Assembly: GCA_041393395.1 (NCBI GenBank)
Contig: JAWKKG010000002.1
Span: forward strand, 14,151-78,150
Direction of reading: 5' to 3'
Length of the DNA: 64,000 nt
Origin: a bacterium
Lineage (GTDB): Bacteria; ARS69
Every line of letters starts with the position of its first letter. The first letter of the stretch is position 1. The notes beneath the pieces are model-generated. The model did not search any database, was not told the origin of the DNA, and saw only the letters and a program-made list of their open reading frames with translations. Positions 60,076 through 64,000 of the stretch are shown here, one piece after another. Position numbers and translations under genes: made by a program.

Positions 60076-61122
60076 CTATCGGCCGTTCCGGCCCCCATCT
60101 TGAACTTCCCAGACGTCGCCTTCCTCGAGCAGGGCCGCGAGATTCCCTGCGCCCTCGGCGTCCTGCGCGCGTCCGATCTGCGCACGGATCTCGGTCTCCA
60201 GCGTGGGGCGATGGACGGCGCGGAACACGCCGATCGGTACCGGGAAGTCCGGCGACTCCATGCGGCTCAGCTGGAACGCGCGCGACGGACGCTCGCGCGT
60301 CTCGTCGTGCACGAGGAGATCGGCCTCGGTGATCCCGTCCTCGCCGAGGCGCACGACCTCCAGCCCCTCGTCGCGGAACACCAGTCCGCGGTCGCGATCC
60401 TTGCCGAAGATCATCGGCTGACCGTGCACGAGTTCGATCTGCGCGTCCGAGCGGACCTCGCGCTCGGTCATGGTCTTGAAGGCGCCGTCGTTGAAGATGT
60501 TGCAGTTCTGGTAGATCTCCACGAACGACGTCCCGCGATGCTCCGCCGCGCGGCGGATCGTGTCGCGCAGGTGCGCGCCGTAGACGTCGACACTGCGCGC
60601 GACGAACGTCGCGTCCGCGCCGAGCGCCAGGCTGATCGGATTGAACGGCGGGTCCACGGTGCCGTACGGCGACGACTTCGTGCGCTTGCCGAACTCGGAC
60701 GTGGGGGAGGCCTGCCCCTTGGTGAGACCGTAGATCCGGTTGTTGAACAGCAGCACGACCACGTCGAGGTTCCGGCGGAGCAGGTGGATCAGGTGGTTGC
60801 CGCCGATCGAGAGCGCGTCGCCGTCGCCGGTCACCACCCACACCGACAGATCCGGATTCGCGACCTTCACGCCGGTCGCGATCGCGGGTGCGCGCCCATG
60901 GATCGTGTGGAAGCCGAACGTGTTCATGTAGTACGGGAAGCGGCTCGAGCACCCGATGCCGGAGACGAACACGAACTTCTCGCGCGGGATGCCGAGATCG
61001 GGCAGCACGTTCTGGACCGCGGACAGGATCGAGTAGTCCCCGCACCCCGGACACCAGCGCACTTCCTGGTCGGAGACGAACGCCTTCTTGTCGAGCGGCT
61101 GTCCTTCCGTCGTCGTCGTCAT
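60076..61122 (-). CDS. korB: 2-oxoglutarate:ferredoxin oxidoreductase beta subunit (TPP-binding)
   Basis: 'WCPGCGDYSIL', 'GIGCSSRFP', 'VVTGDGDALSIGGNH' TPP motif. Confidence 0.9.
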   Translation of the reverse strand: MTTTTEGQPLDKKAFVSDQEVRWCPGCGDYSILSAVQNVLPDLGIPREKFVFVSGIGCSSRFPYYMNTFGFHTIHGRAPAIATGVKVANPDLSVWVVTGDGDALSIGGNHLIHLLRRNLDVVVLLFNNRIYGLTKGQASPTSEFGKRTKSSPYGTVDPPFNPISLALGADATFVARSVDVYGAHLRDTIRRAAEHRGTSFVEIYQNCNIFNDGAFKTMTEREVRSDAQIELVHGQPMIFGKDRDRGLVFRDEGLEVVRLGEDGITEADLLVHDETRERPSRAFQLSRMESPDFPVPIGVFRAVHRPTLETEIRAQIGRAQDAEGAGNLAALLEEGDVWEVQDGGRNGR

Positions 61123-61123
61123 G

Positions 61124-62977
61124 TCAGCTCTTCTCCGCTTCCTCGATCGCGGCGACGATCTCGGAGCTCTTGAACGGCTTGCCCTGGATCTTGGTCACGG
61201 CCTTCGCGTCCACGAGATAGCGACCGCGCAGCACGAACGCGAGCTGGCCGAGGTTCAACTCGGGCACGATCACGCGCTCGTAGCGCGACAGGATCTCGCC
61301 GAGGTTCTTCGGGAACGGGTTCAGATGGCGCAGGTGCACCCAGGCCACCTGCGAGCCGCGCGCGCGCACCGTGCGCAACGCGCTCCGGATCGCGCCGTAG
61401 GTGCTGCCCCAGCCCACGACGAGCACCTTGCCGCGTTCCGGTCCGTCGACCGCGGCCTCGGGAATGTCGTTCGCGATGTTCGCCACGCGCTCGGCCCGGA
61501 GCTCGCTCATCCGTTCGTGGTTCGCGCCGTCGTAGTTCACGTGCCCGGTCCGGTCCTGCTTCTCGAGCCCGCCGATGCGATGTTCGAGCCCCGGCGTGCC
61601 GGGCACGGCCCACGGTCGGGCCAGCGTGCGGGGATCGCGATCGTAGGGGAGGAAGCCCTCCGGATCGGTGCGGTACTTCACGGGGATCCTCGGCAGGTCG
61701 TCCACCGACGGAAGCGCCCACGGCTCCGCGCCGTTCGCGAGGTAGCCGTCCGAGAGGAGGATCACCGGCGTCATGTACGTGAGCGCGATGCGCACCGCCT
61801 CGATCGCCACCCAGAAGCAGTCGCCGGGCGACGACGCGGAGACCACCGGAATCGGCGCCTCGCTGTTGCGGCCGTAGAGCGCCTGGAAGAGGTCCGCCTG
61901 CTCGGTCTTCGTGGGCAGCCCGGTGGAGGGGCCGCCCCGCTGGATGTCCACCGCGACCAGCGGGATCTCCGCCGCCACCGCGAGGCCGAGCGCCTCGGTC
62001 TTGAGCGCCATGCCGGGGCCGCTCGTCGTGGTGATCGCGATCTTCCCGGCGTAGGCGGCGCCGATCGCCACGCACACGGCGGAGATCTCGTCTTCCGCCT
62101 GGAACGTGACGACGCCGAATCGCTTGTAGCGCGAGATCTGGTGCAGGACGTCGCTGGCCGGCGTGATCGGGTAGCCGGCGAGGAACAGCGGAATCCCCGC
62201 GCGATCGCTCGCCGCCACGAAGCCCAGCGCGAGCGCGGCGTTGCCGTTCAGGTTGCGGTAGCGTCCCGGCGGGAACGTCGCGGGAGCGACCTCGTACGTC
62301 GTCTGGAAGAGACGCGTGGCGTCGGCGTACGCGACGCCGCCCTTCAGCGCCGTGACGTTCGCCTGGACCACGTCCGGACGCTTGCCGAAGTACCGCTCGA
62401 GCCAGGCCTCCGTCGGCTCGGTCGGACGGTTGTACAGGTAGTACATGATCCCGAGCGCGAAGAAGTTCTTGCAGCGATCGACCTGCTTGCGCGGCAGGTC
62501 GAGGCTCTCGAGCGCCTTGCGCGTGAGCGTGGTGAGGGGGACCGAGACCAGCCGATAGCCCTCGAGCGAACCGTCTTCCAGCGGATTGGAGTCGTAACCC
62601 GCGAGCTTGAGGTTCTTGTCCGCGAAGTTGTCCGAGTTCACGATCAGGAGACCGTTCAGCGGAAGGTCGCGGAGATTCACGCGGAGCGCGGCCGGATTCA
62701 TCGCCACGAGCGCGTCGGGCTCGTCACCGGGCGTGTCCACGTCGTGGCTCGCGAAGTTGATCTGGAAACCCGAGACGCCCGGCAGCGAACCGGCGGGGGC
62801 GCGGATCTCGGCCGGGAAGTCGGGGAACGTGCTCACGTCGTTCCCCAGGATCGCCGCCGTGTTCGTGAACTGGTTCCCCGTCACCTGCATGCCGTCGCCG
62901 GAGTCACCGGCGAAGCGCACGACGACGCGGTCCACCTTCTCGCGCTGGATCTCGGGACTCCGGGTCTCGGTGGTCAT
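61124..62977 (-). CDS. korA: 2-oxoglutarate:ferredoxin oxidoreductase alpha subunit
   Basis: 'VVVRFAGDSGDGMQVTGNQF', 'GYPITPASDV', 'VVGWGSTYG'. 617 aa. Stop 1 nt before the korB start. Confidence 0.9.
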   Translation of the reverse strand: MTTETRSPEIQREKVDRVVVRFAGDSGDGMQVTGNQFTNTAAILGNDVSTFPDFPAEIRAPAGSLPGVSGFQINFASHDVDTPGDEPDALVAMNPAALRVNLRDLPLNGLLIVNSDNFADKNLKLAGYDSNPLEDGSLEGYRLVSVPLTTLTRKALESLDLPRKQVDRCKNFFALGIMYYLYNRPTEPTEAWLERYFGKRPDVVQANVTALKGGVAYADATRLFQTTYEVAPATFPPGRYRNLNGNAALALGFVAASDRAGIPLFLAGYPITPASDVLHQISRYKRFGVVTFQAEDEISAVCVAIGAAYAGKIAITTTSGPGMALKTEALGLAVAAEIPLVAVDIQRGGPSTGLPTKTEQADLFQALYGRNSEAPIPVVSASSPGDCFWVAIEAVRIALTYMTPVILLSDGYLANGAEPWALPSVDDLPRIPVKYRTDPEGFLPYDRDPRTLARPWAVPGTPGLEHRIGGLEKQDRTGHVNYDGANHERMSELRAERVANIANDIPEAAVDGPERGKVLVVGWGSTYGAIRSALRTVRARGSQVAWVHLRHLNPFPKNLGEILSRYERVIVPELNLGQLAFVLRGRYLVDAKAVTKIQGKPFKSSEIVAAIEEAEKS

Positions 62978-63023
62978 TCTCTTCCGTTTCCGTTCGGTCG
63001 GGGTGATGGGCGGCGCGGCCCCG

Positions 63024-63989
63024 TCAGTCGGCGGCGACCTTCTCGGGAATCTCCATGGGCTTGCTGCGGATCGGCTTGGGGACGAGCGGCTCTCCCTCGC
63101 GGCCCGCGATCTCGGTGACCTCGAGGAAACGTCGGCACAGTTCCTGGGATGCGGACTCCTCGGTCGCCGGTTCGAAGCGGTCGATGAAGGCGATCCCGCC
63201 GGCCATCATGCCGTGGCCACCGGCCTTTCCTTCCTTGCCGACGATCTTCATGATCTTGCGGCCCGCGTGGCCGGAGCGATCGCGCGTACGCAGCGAGAGG
63301 TAGCAGATGCCCTCGCGGTGGCCCACGCAGAGTGCCCACCGGGTCGACTCCAGCCGCAGGATCATGTCGCAGAACTCGGCGCAGAAATCCGGATTCGAGA
63401 CCTCGCCGAGCCGCGTGAACGTCACGTCGCCGAACAGGGTCGTGCGGGAGAGGGCATAGCCCATCTGCCCGAAGTACTCCCGCGGGACGCCCGCGTTCTC
63501 GATCTCGTAGATGCGCCGGAAGTCGACCATCGGCATCAGCGCCAGGTACGCCTCGCGGTCGGCCTTCGACGCCTCTCGCGTGAGCGCCTGCGTCTCCGTG
63601 CGGATGCCGTAGAAGAGCGCGGTCGCGAGGTCGGCGTCCGGCTTCGCGCGCGCGGCCTTCAGGTACTCGTACATCATCGTCGCCGTGGCCCCGAACCGGG
63701 TCCGCACGTCGTGGAACTTCACCGGGCGTGTCTCCCGACGAAGCGGATGGTGATCGAGCACCGCGAGCGGACGCTTGCCGGCGGGCAGGGAGTTGTTCCC
63801 GGTGCGCGGCTGGGTGTCCACGAGCGCGAACTGCTGATAGCTCGCGATGTCGAGGTCGGTGAGCGGCTTGATGTCGGCCTTTACCGCCTTCACCAGGGTG
63901 CGGTTCTCCGCCCGCCCCACGATGCCGCCGTACCCGATGTCCACGGACAGCTTCTTGACCCGCTTCTGCAGGAGATGCTTCAGCGCCAT
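63024..63989 (-). CDS. DHH/DHHA1-family phosphoesterase (NrnA-like); N-terminus may extend beyond the window
   Basis: 'LAVLDHHPL' DHH motif. DHHA1-like C-terminus 'GKEGKAGGHGMMAGG'. The ORF begins 11 nt from the window end, so the true start is uncertain. Confidence 0.6.
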   Translation of the reverse strand: MALKHLLQKRVKKLSVDIGYGGIVGRAENRTLVKAVKADIKPLTDLDIASYQQFALVDTQPRTGNNSLPAGKRPLAVLDHHPLRRETRPVKFHDVRTRFGATATMMYEYLKAARAKPDADLATALFYGIRTETQALTREASKADREAYLALMPMVDFRRIYEIENAGVPREYFGQMGYALSRTTLFGDVTFTRLGEVSNPDFCAEFCDMILRLESTRWALCVGHREGICYLSLRTRDRSGHAGRKIMKIVGKEGKAGGHGMMAGGIAFIDRFEPATEESASQELCRRFLEVTEIAGREGEPLVPKPIRSKPMEIPEKVAAD

Positions 63990-64000
63990 GGCGGCCGCGA

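Noticed and set aside
56477-60103. 1208-aa plus-strand ORF and 736-aa minus ORF (57576..59786)
   Set aside because: Arg/Gly/His-rich alternative frames overlapping the EamA and LVIVD genes.

Overview
This is a high-GC (~70%) bacterial chromosomal segment, densely coded on both strands. Many adjacent genes are translationally coupled by 4-nt ATGA/GTGA/TTGA start/stop overlaps. Most of the window is conserved core genome. I used ORF-track coordinates throughout. Order of recognisable blocks:
(1) Type IV pilus locus: 3' end of prepilin peptidase, PilS/PilR-like sensor kinase plus sigma-54 regulator, a secreted FG-GAP/Ca-binding beta-propeller protein, pilM-N-O-P-Q, then aroK, rsmD, coaD.
(2) obg, a HEAT-repeat protein, dprA, lipid A acyltransferase, a PfkB kinase, rnd, and a GH57 glucan-branching-like operon.
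(3) Split heptose genes (hldE kinase and adenylyltransferase as two genes), then sucCD, ndk, and the classic yceD-rpmF-plsX-fabH-fabD-fabG-acpP-fabF-rnc cluster.
(4) gap-pgk-tpiA-secG-tRNA-Leu(GAG), an aldehyde dehydrogenase, an ornithine aminotransferase locus, and korAB.
Two secreted proteins (an M6 metalloprotease and an LVIVD beta-propeller protein) carry T9SS-type/FlgD-Ig-like C-terminal sorting domains. Together with T4P and sigma-54 regulation, this suggests an FCB-superphylum (Gemmatimonadota-like) high-GC lineage; that is inference only.
The non-housekeeping island at ~35.9-44.9 kb is the most interesting part. It holds an ECF sigma / membrane anti-sigma / secreted TPR-CHAT protease operon, architecturally reminiscent of the CRISPR type III-E Craspase RpoE-Csx30-Csx29 module but with no Cas genes. 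It is divergently paired with a 1292-aa PAS-REC-3xGAF protein, an HDOD protein and an 85-aa stand-alone histidine-kinase DHp domain.
Other notable items: an RNase III with a ~330-aa Arg/Glu-rich disordered tail, and tandem paralogous secreted proteins of unknown function (54.65-56.14 kb).
No CRISPR array, transposase or integrase was seen.
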